Assembly: GCA_037439545.1 (NCBI GenBank) | Contig: JBBIVV010000038.1 | Span: 1-22,343, forward strand | Length of the DNA: 22,343 nucleotides | Reading direction: 5' to 3' | Source of the DNA: a bacterium | GTDB lineage: Bacteria; JAMCPX01 | In this document: positions 1 to 8,992 of the stretch, piece after piece | Layout: every line of letters starts with the position of its first letter | Position numbering within the stretch: position 1 is the stretch's first letter | The notes under the pieces: model-generated | Database searches by the model: none | What the model saw: only the letters and a program-made list of their open reading frames with translations | Told to the model about the DNA's origin: nothing | Program-made: the position numbers and the translations under genes

Positions 1-684
1 GGGGGCTCTACGAGAAAAGTTTATATCTCAACGTTCCTTGGAATAATGGTCCTATCCCTGCTTTCAAACTGCACTGAAAACAAGAGTATTACTATTGCAT
101 CTCCCGCAATCCAGAAGCTCGATGTACAGGGACTTCCTGCCATACCCTGCGACAGTATTGCTATAACAGCCGTTGCCCAGAGCGCTCCCAATACACCTTT
201 AAGCTATAGGTGGAAGGCAACATCGGGCTGGACTGTCATAGGGCGCGGGCAGACAGCGACAGTTGTATCACCGTGTGAATACCCTGCAACAGGCATTATA
301 TCCCTTACCGTGAATGACAGTTATGGAAACATTGCATCAAGCTCGGTATCCGTTTCTACTTCATTGGTCACACATACTTATTCGGTTGGTGGGACAAATC
401 CTATGGATTTGGCTATTGATGCATCGGGTAATTTGTGGGTTAACAATACATATAGTGCTTCGGTGACTGAGATGAGTCCTTCCGGCTCAATCATAGCTAC
501 ATATCCGGCAGGCGTTTACCCTGCTGGTATAGCAATAGATCCAGTCGTTAATATATGGATAGTAAATTCATGGAGTAATTATATAACAAGGTTCAGTTCC
601 TCTGGCTCAATTCTTGGAACTTTCAATGCAGGCAGATATCCGGCCGGTATGGCTGTGGACTCATCGGGTAATTTATTGAAGTGA
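1..684 (+). CDS. Putative lipoprotein with a PKD/Ig-like domain and NHL-type repeats; 5'-partial and probably C-terminally truncated
   Basis: Frame 1 is open from base 1 (GGSTRKVYISTFLGIMVLSLLSNC), a basic plus hydrophobic stretch ending in Cys, so the true start lies upstream of the window. Ig/PKD-like segment LSYRWKATSGW...ISLTVNDSYG. NHL-like repeats PMDLAIDASGNLWV, PAGIAIDPVVNIWI and PAGMAVDSSGNLLK*, the last cut by the stop. Confidence 0.7.
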   Translation, partial: GGSTRKVYISTFLGIMVLSLLSNCTENKSITIASPAIQKLDVQGLPAIPCDSIAITAVAQSAPNTPLSYRWKATSGWTVIGRGQTATVVSPCEYPATGIISLTVNDSYGNIASSSVSVSTSLVTHTYSVGGTNPMDLAIDASGNLWVNNTYSASVTEMSPSGSIIATYPAGVYPAGIAIDPVVNIWIVNSWSNYITRFSSSGSILGTFNAGRYPAGMAVDSSGNLLK

Positions 685-688
685 ATGA

Positions 689-748
689 TCGGGCGGAAAG
701 ATATCCAAACAAAAATGCGCTTAACCGGCAATCATATCTTCCACCCGA
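689..748. repeat. Imperfect inverted repeat directly after the NHL gene stop
   Basis: Arms TCGGGCGGAAAGATAT (689-704) and ATATCTTCCACCCGA (734-748) are near reverse complements, with a loop of about 29 nt. Confidence 0.5.
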
Positions 749-790
749 AGTTGAGCTTGACAATTATTCCCTAATACGAGAGTTAAAGCT

Positions 791-1882
791 ATGAGAATTA
801 CATTTTTACTCCCCGGTTACCCGTGGAAACCTGCGGGTGGTTTCAGAACCGTATACGAGTATGCCAATCATCTTGTGGTCCGTGGACATAAAGTTAGCAT
901 CGTCCATGCACGTAGCCTTTCCAATTGGAGTCTTCCCCCTCCGCCCAATGTTTATCGCTGGTTACGGAGAGAAACCGGTCAGTTGCGGAATTTATTTTTT
1001 ACACCAAAAGTACGCTGGCAACCGATTGATCGCCGCATAGAAATACGTTATATCCCCAAACCAGAGGCTCAGTATATGCCTGATGCTGACGCTACTTTTG
1101 CAACATTCTGGCCAACAGCAGAAGAAGTGCTTAAATATCCTCATTCAAAGGGAATAAAGTGCTATTTAGTGCAAGATTTTTTCCCTTATCTTGGAACTAA
1201 AGCACAGTTAGAGACTTCTTGGCAGTTGCCCCTGAAGAAAGTGACTATATCGTATTGGCTATATCAATTGGTTGTTAATAGTGGCGTTTCAAAAACCGAT
1301 GTTGTATCCATACCAATTGGAGTAGATCTGAAAAGATTCCGTCTTCTTAAAGAGATTGCCGCACGACCATTGAGAATTGCCATGATGTATAGTACAAACA
1401 GCTATAAAGCTCCGTATGATGGGATCAAAGCATTGGAACTTGTCAAAAATAAGTTCAATGCTCTTCAGGCAATTTGTTATGGGGTGAATGCCCGCCCGGG
1501 TAACCTGCCTCATTGGATAGATTATGTAACTAAGATAAGTGACAAGGAACTGGTTGACCTGTATAATGTTTGTACTATTTTCATATCCTCAAGTATAGCC
1601 GAAGGTTTTGCTTTTCCACCGGCAGAAGCTATGGCGTGCGGTTGTGCGGTGGTAGCAACTGATAGCGGCGGCATACGTGAATATGCGCAGAACGGGACAA
1701 ACATGCTCCTTTCACCGCCGAAGGATCCAGAGGCACTCGCTAAGAATCTCCTCCGCTTATTGGAGAATGATGACTTGAGAATCCAATTGGCAAAAACGGG
1801 ATATAATATGATTCGAGAACTTACATGGGAGCGAAGCACCGACCTGTTGGAACAATTTTTATTACAGCATGTTAACGTATGA
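791..1882 (+). CDS. Glycosyltransferase family 4 (GT-B, RfaB-like)
   Basis: N-terminal MRITFLLP...GG..VYEYAN.L..RGHKV. C-terminal E-x7-E motif EGFAFPPAEAMACG followed by VVATDSGG. Confidence 0.93.
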   Translation: MRITFLLPGYPWKPAGGFRTVYEYANHLVVRGHKVSIVHARSLSNWSLPPPPNVYRWLRRETGQLRNLFFTPKVRWQPIDRRIEIRYIPKPEAQYMPDADATFATFWPTAEEVLKYPHSKGIKCYLVQDFFPYLGTKAQLETSWQLPLKKVTISYWLYQLVVNSGVSKTDVVSIPIGVDLKRFRLLKEIAARPLRIAMMYSTNSYKAPYDGIKALELVKNKFNALQAICYGVNARPGNLPHWIDYVTKISDKELVDLYNVCTIFISSSIAEGFAFPPAEAMACGCAVVATDSGGIREYAQNGTNMLLSPPKDPEALAKNLLRLLENDDLRIQLAKTGYNMIRELTWERSTDLLEQFLLQHVNV

Positions 1883-1898
1883 AGGTTAAATAACTAAT

Positions 1899-2810
1899 AT
1901 GCTCTCTTTTATCATAGTCAATTACAATACGAAGGAACTTCTGAGGAGGCTCCTCAAATCCATAGAAGCGTTTTATAAGGACGAAGAGGTCATTGTTGTC
2001 GATAATGCATCTCAGGACAACAGCCAGGATATGGTTACGCAGGAGTTCCTTTCTGTAAAACTTATACCGAATAACGAAAATAAAGGCTTTGCTTATGCCA
2101 ACAATCAGGCCATGGAAATTGCCCGGGGCAATGTCTTTGTTCTGATAAACAGCGATGCAGAACTATTGAACAATAGTCTCATTCATGCAGCAGAGATGGT
2201 CTTAACGAATAAAGATTATGGTCTCGTCGGCTGCAAACTGCTCAACAGCGATCGCAGTACACAGATTTCTGTTTCACGGTTTCCCGGTATTGGATACGCG
2301 TTATTATCCGCAACAGGTCTGGGACTGCTCCTGCCCGGTAACCCGAGATCAATGGTACTTGCAGGCAGGTACTTTGATTATGAAAAACAATCCGCCGTTG
2401 ATTGGGTAATGGGTGCGTGCATGATCCTCAGAAAAGACGTGTATAAAATAATCGGCGGCTTGAATACCGGTTATTTTATGTTCGGAGAGGATATGGAGTG
2501 GTGCTTCAGGATAAGAAAGTCGGGCTATAAAATTATGTACACACCGGACGCATCCATCGTTCATCATTTTAACAAGAGCCGGTCTTCTTTGACTGCAGAA
2601 AGGTACATGCTTATGTATAAAAATTATTATGCCTTCTGTAATAAATATCTCGGCAGTAGGCGGACCATGGTCATAAGACTTCTCAACATTATTGGTTTAA
2701 CCTTGCGCTATGCTGCATACAAAGCAGGTCTCATAAAGACCAATGACACCTTCCTAACGTACTGGTTCTCTAACTTCCGTGAAGCCCTTCGCGCTCAGTT
2801 CAGGGCATAA
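1899..2810 (+). CDS. Glycosyltransferase family 2 (WbbL/rhamnosyltransferase-like)
   Basis: Motifs SFIIVNYNT, VIVVDNASQD, NKGFAYANN, LINSD, VDWVMGAC and YFMFGEDMEWC. Confidence 0.93.
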   Translation: MLSFIIVNYNTKELLRRLLKSIEAFYKDEEVIVVDNASQDNSQDMVTQEFLSVKLIPNNENKGFAYANNQAMEIARGNVFVLINSDAELLNNSLIHAAEMVLTNKDYGLVGCKLLNSDRSTQISVSRFPGIGYALLSATGLGLLLPGNPRSMVLAGRYFDYEKQSAVDWVMGACMILRKDVYKIIGGLNTGYFMFGEDMEWCFRIRKSGYKIMYTPDASIVHHFNKSRSSLTAERYMLMYKNYYAFCNKYLGSRRTMVIRLLNIIGLTLRYAAYKAGLIKTNDTFLTYWFSNFREALRAQFRA

Positions 2811-2939
2811 GCATACAGTGACAATTGTTGTTTTTACTTCAGCTCAAAATAGAAAATTAACGCTGAAAACAGTATGGCAGTACTTTGTAAAGTTCGGTCG
2901 GACGATTACCTCCTTCATGACAACCGGAAGGTATTGGAA

Positions 2940-3296
2940 TCAGGCCTGACTGGTGTCATTCTCTAAAAATGAAGACAGTTTACTCTGGTGCGTATCATTT
3001 ATGTCTTTGAATTCAATGCCAAGCACAACGTTCATGCTGTTATCCCCGTTCCCGTGTTGTTTTATGTTTGACCAGACTACCCTGCCCTTTGCGACAATTG
3101 GTTCGTGTTCACCAGGGAGATTAAAAAAAAGCTCTACAACCGTGCCCTGTTCGATCAACGCAACGGTTTCAATGCCTATACCATGTAAACTAATGTCTCT
3201 TGTAAAATCAGAAAAAAAGATACCCTCGCCCTTACAATTTATTCTCACCCTTGTTTTTACCCTTTTGCTGGTTCTTTTGTTTTGGTATTGAGACAT
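2940..3296 (-). CDS. Stand-alone PilZ-domain protein (putative c-di-GMP receptor)
   Basis: RxxxR (RTSKR) and DxSxxG (DISLHG) motifs, plus GRVVW and GIEF. Start placed at ATG 3296 after AAGG; ATG 3317 is the alternative. Confidence 0.85.
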   Translation of the reverse strand: MSQYQNKRTSKRVKTRVRINCKGEGIFFSDFTRDISLHGIGIETVALIEQGTVVELFFNLPGEHEPIVAKGRVVWSNIKQHGNGDNSMNVVLGIEFKDINDTHQSKLSSFLENDTSQA

Positions 3297-3326
3297 AGTA
3301 TGCCTTATATATGGCATATATAAAAA

Positions 3327-4022
3327 CTATTTGCAATAAGAAAATTCGGCACTCTGTAATTTTGCTGTTCCCATCTCTTCTTCTGTGAGCGGTTCGTTCC
3401 TGTATTCAATATTCAGAGATAATTTTAAACCTTCAAGCAATGCCGTGATCAATGTTTCGTTCATTTTATCATTAACTCTATCATACGGAATATTGTGATG
3501 CGGCATAATAGAGCCCTGCTGTAAAAGTATCGCTTTAGCCCGTCTCTGGGCACTGCCGATTATTTTTCTGCCGTTCAAGGACAGCTCATAACTCAATGCC
3601 CGGGTAAAACACAACGGCTCAGTTTTATGCGGGTAATTGTCGCCGTATTCCAACTGTATGCCCAGCACTTTGAAACCGTGCTTCAATCCGTCTGTTATAA
3701 GCCGGTAACTTTCTATCAATGACTTCTGTGCACCGAGACAGGTTTCGGGCAGGACAATGCTGTAACACAAATCACCATCATGCAGAACAGCACCGCCTCC
3801 GGTCGGTCTCCTCACAATCTCCACATCCGCATCTTTCAGATCGCCGGGAAGACTATCAACTCTCTGGTTTTTTCCGATTGAAATACATCTGGTGTTAAAG
3901 GTAAAGAACCTTAATACCGCGGTGCCGTTATTTTCCAAAGCCCTGTTAAATAACATCCCGTCTATGGACATGTTGAGAAGCGGGGTATTGCTTGAAAACC
4001 CGAGATATCTCGCCTGCATCAT
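3327..4022 (-). CDS. Lipoate-protein ligase family protein (LipM-like octanoyltransferase, catalytic domain only)
   Basis: Motifs NMSID, ISIGKNQ, VRRPTGGGAVLHD, CF and GRKIIGSAQRR. No C-terminal LplA accessory domain. Confidence 0.85.
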   Translation of the reverse strand: MMQARYLGFSSNTPLLNMSIDGMLFNRALENNGTAVLRFFTFNTRCISIGKNQRVDSLPGDLKDADVEIVRRPTGGGAVLHDGDLCYSIVLPETCLGAQKSLIESYRLITDGLKHGFKVLGIQLEYGDNYPHKTEPLCFTRALSYELSLNGRKIIGSAQRRAKAILLQQGSIMPHHNIPYDRVNDKMNETLITALLEGLKLSLNIEYRNEPLTEEEMGTAKLQSAEFSYCK

Positions 4023-4023
4023 G

Positions 4024-5358
4024 TTAAACGAATTTATCTATGAACCGAGTAGTTATGTTGCCGAGTAAAAAGTCTTTACTTGCAAGTATCTTCTTGTGTA
4101 AAGGTATGTTCGTTTTTATTCCTTCTATCGAAAATTCCTCGAGTGCCCTTTGCATCCTTCGTATGGACCTGTCACGGTCTTCCGCCCAGACCACAAGCTT
4201 TGCGATAAGTGAATCGTAGTAAGGCGGGATCTCGCACCCCGGATATGCATGTCCGTCAACCCGCACCCATGGTCCTCCGGGTTGTATGTAAGTGCTTATC
4301 TTACCCGAAGAAGGGACCAGGGTCTGCGGGTCCTCCGCGTTTATCCTGCATTCTATCGCATGACCCTTAATCTTAACGTCCCTTTGGGATAGTGACATCT
4401 TTTCTCCGCTTGCTATTTTGATTTGCTCTGCAACGATATCAAAGCCTGTGATAAGCTCCGTTATAGGGTGCTCGACCTGGAGCCTGGTGTTCATTTCCAT
4501 AAAATAAAACTTGCCTTTTTCATCGAGCAGGAATTCTATGGTTCCCAATCCCCTGTAATTGATGTGCCGGGCTATCTTTACGGCAATATCACTCATCCTG
4601 CTCCTTAATTTATCTTCAACTGCAATTGACGGGGCTTCTTCTATAAACTTCTGGTGTCTCCTCTGGATTGAACATTCTCTTTCTCCGAGCGCTACGACGG
4701 CACCGTTACCGTCCCCTATAATCTGTACCTCGATGTGGCGTACATATTCAAAATATTTTTCGATATACAAAGAAGCATTGCCGAATGCCGATTTCGCTTC
4801 TGCCCTTGCAATCTTAATTATGTTCGGTATCTGGTCTTCATCATAGATGATCTTCATACCCCTGCCTCCACCGCCCTCGGCAGCCTTTATAATGAGCGGC
4901 AGGCCTATGTCCTTTGCAGTCCTTATGGCATGCTGTTCATCTTCTATTTCCTGGAATGTGCCGGGCAAAACCTGTATCCCGAGCTTATCCACGTATTCCC
5001 TTGCCTTAAGCTTATTCCCCATAAGCTCTATGTCCTGCGGCTTGGGGCCTATAAACTTCATGCCTGCCTGTTCGCAAACCTCTGCAAATCCCGCATCTTC
5101 CGAGAGAAACCCATAACCGGGATGGATGGCATCAGCACCTTTTATCTGCGCTGCGCTTATGACCGCAGGCGCATTGAGATAGCTGTTTTTGCTCTGTGCC
5201 GAACCTATGCATATTTTTTCATCGGCAAGTCTGGTATGGAGTGCATTTTTATCTGCAGTGGAATATACGGCAACCGATCTTACGCCAAGCTCTTTCAGTG
5301 CCCTGATAATTCTTATCGCAATCTCACCCCTGTTTGCTATAAGCACTTTTGTGAACAT
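4024..5358 (-). CDS. accC: Acetyl-CoA carboxylase, biotin carboxylase subunit
   Basis: Motifs KVLIANRGEIA, IHPGYGFLSE, GGGGRGM, ERECSIQRRHQK, EMNTRLQVEHP and PPYYDSLIAKL. Adjacent to accB. Confidence 0.97.
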   Translation of the reverse strand: MFTKVLIANRGEIAIRIIRALKELGVRSVAVYSTADKNALHTRLADEKICIGSAQSKNSYLNAPAVISAAQIKGADAIHPGYGFLSEDAGFAEVCEQAGMKFIGPKPQDIELMGNKLKAREYVDKLGIQVLPGTFQEIEDEQHAIRTAKDIGLPLIIKAAEGGGGRGMKIIYDEDQIPNIIKIARAEAKSAFGNASLYIEKYFEYVRHIEVQIIGDGNGAVVALGERECSIQRRHQKFIEEAPSIAVEDKLRSRMSDIAVKIARHINYRGLGTIEFLLDEKGKFYFMEMNTRLQVEHPITELITGFDIVAEQIKIASGEKMSLSQRDVKIKGHAIECRINAEDPQTLVPSSGKISTYIQPGGPWVRVDGHAYPGCEIPPYYDSLIAKLVVWAEDRDRSIRRMQRALEEFSIEGIKTNIPLHKKILASKDFLLGNITTRFIDKFV

Positions 5359-5372
5359 GTGCCGGTCTTCCC

Positions 5373-5816
5373 TTAGCTTTCGGGATCAATGATAAATAAG
5401 GGCTCGCCAAACTCTACAGGGTCCCCGTCTTTTTTGAGGACCTGCTTGATCGAACCGTCCGCATCAGCCTCTATTGTATTCATAAGCTTCATGGCTTCAA
5501 CTATGCCGATGGTCTGGCCTTTCTTCACCTTGGCCCCTATTTCTACGAACGGCTTCTCACTCGGCGAAGGAGCACAGTAAAAAGTGCCGACAAACGGAGA
5601 GTTAACGCTGACGAGTGCATTCTCATCGGTCCTATCCTGTTCAGCTTCGGACTTCGGTTCCCCGGATTCTATAGGTTTGGTTTTGTAATCCTGCTTCGTA
5701 TGAGCAGCGGAATACCTCAGTATGCGGATCTTCTCATCGGCCTTGTTGTACTCAATCTCGAGGATGTCCTTGTCTTCAATAAGCTCGATGAGTTCTTTTA
5801 TATCGTTTATGTTCAT
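5373..5816 (-). CDS. accB: Biotin carboxyl carrier protein
   Basis: SPFVGTFY..PSP and biotinylation motif EAMKLMN. The start overlaps the upstream stop (TAATG). Confidence 0.96.
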   Translation of the reverse strand: MNINDIKELIELIEDKDILEIEYNKADEKIRILRYSAAHTKQDYKTKPIESGEPKSEAEQDRTDENALVSVNSPFVGTFYCAPSPSEKPFVEIGAKVKKGQTIGIVEAMKLMNTIEADADGSIKQVLKKDGDPVEFGEPLFIIDPES

Positions 5817-6883
5817 TATGCCTCCAGATTGATAACAGGATTATTTCTTTTTGTCAGGATTTCCTTATTACTGTCTGAAAGATATATCATACTTTCAATT
5901 CTTACTCCGCCCCAGTCCGGTATGTAAACACCCGGCTCAATAGTAAAAATCATTCCGCTTTTTAAAATATCTTTTGACCTGTAATTTAATGAGGGAGATT
6001 CATGGATATCCAGACCGACCCCATGACCGAGTGCATGACCAAAATACCTGCCATACCCCTGTTTGTCAAGGAAATCCCTTGCCACTTTGTCGAGTTTCGA
6101 TGCGTGCATACCCGGTTTTACGGCATCTATCGCCCTATTGTGTGCCTCAAGAACCGCACGGTATACTTTTTTCGCATCACTATCCCAACCCTTAATAAAA
6201 AAGGTGTGCGTTTCATCGGAATGATACCCTTTATACACGGCCCCGAAATCGCACAGCATCAATTTTTTATCTCTCAGTTTTACGCTGTTCGATGGGATCG
6301 CGTGAGCATACGCCGCCCTTTCATCGAAGGCTATGACTGTGTCGAATGAAATATCATCGGCACCTGCATTGATGAGTTCGAGGTTAAGCTTTGCTGCGAT
6401 CTGTTTCTCCGTTAAATCGGGAGTAATTTTCCCCAATAAGACATTCAAGGCTCTCCCTGCAGATTCTGAAGCTTTTCTGATATAACGTATCTCATCCGCG
6501 TCCTTAATCGCGCGGAGCTTGAGCAGATGATCATCCAGGGGACGGAACCTCTCTTTCCCGATTGATGAAGAGATAAGCATAAAATCCCTGTATGAAAGTG
6601 CCGAGCTGTCAATGCCTATGGATTTGAACTTTTTAAGAAATTTATTCAATTCCGCTGAAGGCTGTCTTGCTTCTATTATATCGACATCTTTTATCTTCTG
6701 CTTTGCATAGATGCTGAACCTTGGGTCAACGAATAGTTTTATACCGGAACTGCTTAGTGCAAGATACCCTTCCTCATACTCGTATCCTGAAAAGTAGAAT
6801 TTATTTGCCCTCGAAACCATAACTGCTGCATCAATTTTTTGTCTGGACAGGAGTTTTAACAAACTCTTTAATGACTGCTTCAT
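5816..6883 (-). CDS. Xaa-Pro aminopeptidase / M24 family peptidase
   Basis: Creatinase-like N-terminus. Metal-ligand motifs DFG...YHSD, GHGVGLDIHE, TIEPGVY and GVRIE. Confidence 0.93.
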   Translation of the reverse strand: MKQSLKSLLKLLSRQKIDAAVMVSRANKFYFSGYEYEEGYLALSSSGIKLFVDPRFSIYAKQKIKDVDIIEARQPSAELNKFLKKFKSIGIDSSALSYRDFMLISSSIGKERFRPLDDHLLKLRAIKDADEIRYIRKASESAGRALNVLLGKITPDLTEKQIAAKLNLELINAGADDISFDTVIAFDERAAYAHAIPSNSVKLRDKKLMLCDFGAVYKGYHSDETHTFFIKGWDSDAKKVYRAVLEAHNRAIDAVKPGMHASKLDKVARDFLDKQGYGRYFGHALGHGVGLDIHESPSLNYRSKDILKSGMIFTIEPGVYIPDWGGVRIESMIYLSDSNKEILTKRNNPVINLEA

Positions 6884-6910
6884 GATGTATAAAACAAAAC
6901 TATTCTGTAA

Positions 6911-7270
6911 TCAGAATTCCTTGGATAAGTTCATGATATTTTTTCGCAGTAAAAATCTTGCCTTCCCGATATTGCTGTTGTTCTTCATAGCCAGTATGAT
7001 GAAATAATCTTTATTGATACCGCGGACAATCAAGACCGTGTCATGGTACTCCACCACAAGCTGTTCAGGCTCTTCAAATCCGAGGGTACGGGATGTTTCA
7101 GAAATGCTCTTGATGAGGGTCGTATATTCGACGCCTATGTTCTGGAAGTCTATCATTTCATGCTCTTTTGCATACTGTTCAACGACTATGCCGTCTATTG
7201 CAATGATAATCCCCCCGATGCAGCCCTCGACATTATCGACTATGTGCTGTAATATTTCTAAGAATGCCAT
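6911..7270 (-). CDS. Roadblock/LC7-domain protein (MglB/MglC-like)
   Basis: 119 aa with the roadblock pattern VEGCIGGIIIAIDGIVV and C-terminal YFIILAM...NIGKARFLLR. Confidence 0.85.
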   Translation of the reverse strand: MAFLEILQHIVDNVEGCIGGIIIAIDGIVVEQYAKEHEMIDFQNIGVEYTTLIKSISETSRTLGFEEPEQLVVEYHDTVLIVRGINKDYFIILAMKNNSNIGKARFLLRKNIMNLSKEF

Positions 7271-8887
7271 TTATCCTCCCTTTTTTATTTTATCCAACCA
7301 CGAATTCAATCTTTTCATGTTCTCTTTTACCGTATCCGGCTGTTCTGTTTTCTGCGGTTTTGGCTCTTGCTCTTTTAAAACTTCTATTTTCTTATGAACC
7401 TCCGCTTCCGTCAGGTCCGGCTGCTTTGATTCCATAAGCTTCTTTACATTTATAAATCTCGCGCGAATAATGGGACTGTCCGGGTTTTTCAACAGAATCT
7501 TCTTATATATCTGGTACGCCTTATCAAAGTGTCCCTGTTTCACATAAAGGTCTGCCATTGTTACTGTCTGGATATCTTCGCTCTGTAATTCAGAAGTTTG
7601 AGGCGAAGTCGGTTTCCTCTCCTGCGGTTCTTCCAACTTTATTCCGGCTTTTTCAGGTTCATCCGTTCTCTCAGACTTTGTTATTTCAAGATCCAGTGCC
7701 TTCGTTTCAATGATTTCAGGCTTCTTTTGTCCAATATCCATGCTTCCTTGTTCAGAGGTTTCCGGTTCCTGTTTAACAGGCTCTACCGCAGGGGCACTGA
7801 CAACCTCCGGAGGACTCATTGCCGATTCCGATAACTCATCGAAAACCGCTTCGAGTTCCTCTGTCTTTACTTCTTCCTTCATCTCTGCACCGGAATCTGA
7901 CTGTCTGATTTCCGGTTCCTCAGGCCTGGCAGGCGGCTCGTGGAACATCCCGGAGGGTGCGTCTTCTTTTGCCGGCTCTAATGCAGGTGCCGGTTGCGGG
8001 AAAGGCTGTTCTGCCTCGGGTTCCAATACAGGCTTATTCAGTGCTGTTTCAAGCTCACTCTCGACAGATGCTGCATCAGATTCACTATCGCTTACCGGCG
8101 GTGGTGCTTCCTGTTTTTCAGGCTCCGCAACCGACTGCTGCTCGGCAGGCTGCTCAGGTTCCGGTACCGGCTGTCTTGGTTGTTCATATTGCTCCGATGG
8201 AATATTATCCTTGTCTGCGGTTTCAGGTTTTTCTCCTTGCTGAAAACCCTCTCTCTCAGTCTTGCCAGCCTGCGGTAACTGCTCAGACACCTGTTCCTCT
8301 GGATTTTGTGCAGGTGGCTGCAGTTCTGCGGCTGGAGGAAGAGGACTTTCTGTTTCGGGTGTGAGGATTTCAGGTGCCGGTTTCTGAGGCTCTGCAGGCT
8401 GTTGCAGGGGGGCTTGCTTTTGAGCCGGCTGACCTGCAGGACTGCCCGTAAGTGTTGCTAACAGGGCTTTAGTCTCTTTGTCATTGGGCGATAAATATAA
8501 TACGGTTTTTAATTCTTTAATTGCGCTATCACTATCTGATTTTTTTATGAAAATATCCGCAATAAGCCTATGGGCAATGATATTATCCGGCATCGCCTTT
8601 ACAACCCTGCCAAGCTCGTCCATTGCCCTGTCAAGGTCCTCTTTGTCATAGTATGCCCTGCCAAGAGCGATCCTGCCGGTCGTATAGTTGGGGTTATGCT
8701 TCAATCCTTCATTGGCGACTGCTATTGCTTCATCCAGTAAGCCGCCTTTCCTGTAAGCGTCGCTCAGTGCAGCAAAGACCGGAGATCGGGGATCCTTGCG
8801 CAGTATCTGCACATATTTTTCAATCTCTGGAGATAGAACAAGCTTGCTCTCTTTTTTATCCGGCTGCGGTTGCCGTTTTTCTTCCAT
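7271..8887 (-). CDS. TPR protein with a long acidic Pro/Glu/Gln-rich linker and a C-terminal TPR
   Basis: N-terminal TPRs (FAALSDAYRKGG, GRIALGRAYY, AHRLIADIF). Roughly 290 aa of low-complexity linker. C-terminal TMADLYVKQGHFDKAYQIY and amphipathic LNSWLDKIK. Confidence 0.85.
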   Translation of the reverse strand: MEEKRQPQPDKKESKLVLSPEIEKYVQILRKDPRSPVFAALSDAYRKGGLLDEAIAVANEGLKHNPNYTTGRIALGRAYYDKEDLDRAMDELGRVVKAMPDNIIAHRLIADIFIKKSDSDSAIKELKTVLYLSPNDKETKALLATLTGSPAGQPAQKQAPLQQPAEPQKPAPEILTPETESPLPPAAELQPPAQNPEEQVSEQLPQAGKTEREGFQQGEKPETADKDNIPSEQYEQPRQPVPEPEQPAEQQSVAEPEKQEAPPPVSDSESDAASVESELETALNKPVLEPEAEQPFPQPAPALEPAKEDAPSGMFHEPPARPEEPEIRQSDSGAEMKEEVKTEELEAVFDELSESAMSPPEVVSAPAVEPVKQEPETSEQGSMDIGQKKPEIIETKALDLEITKSERTDEPEKAGIKLEEPQERKPTSPQTSELQSEDIQTVTMADLYVKQGHFDKAYQIYKKILLKNPDSPIIRARFINVKKLMESKQPDLTEAEVHKKIEVLKEQEPKPQKTEQPDTVKENMKRLNSWLDKIKKGG

Positions 8888-8892
8888 ATTCT

Positions 8893-8922
8893 ATTAAAAC
8901 CACAAGCCGGCTATAGTGTCAA
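8893..8922 (-). promoter_or_regulatory. Candidate sigma70 promoter of the TPR-roadblock-accBC unit
   Basis: On the - strand TTGACA (8922-8917), an 18-nt spacer, TTTAAT (8898-8893), then 5 nt to the ATG at 8887. Confidence 0.55.
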
Positions 8923-8992
8923 GAATACACGGGCTCACCACTTTAATGTAAAAGCAGACAGGTATTTTTTTGATATTGCTCTCGATTCTATG

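Noticed and set aside
758..790. TTGACA upstream of the GT4 gene (and another at 21694-21699 on the - strand) as promoters
   Set aside because: No convincing -10 box at 16-18 nt spacing in either case.
7600..8450. Tandem repeat or CRISPR-like array in the TPR linker
   Set aside because: Only low-complexity coding sequence (QPAE, EPEK) with no fixed repeat-spacer period.
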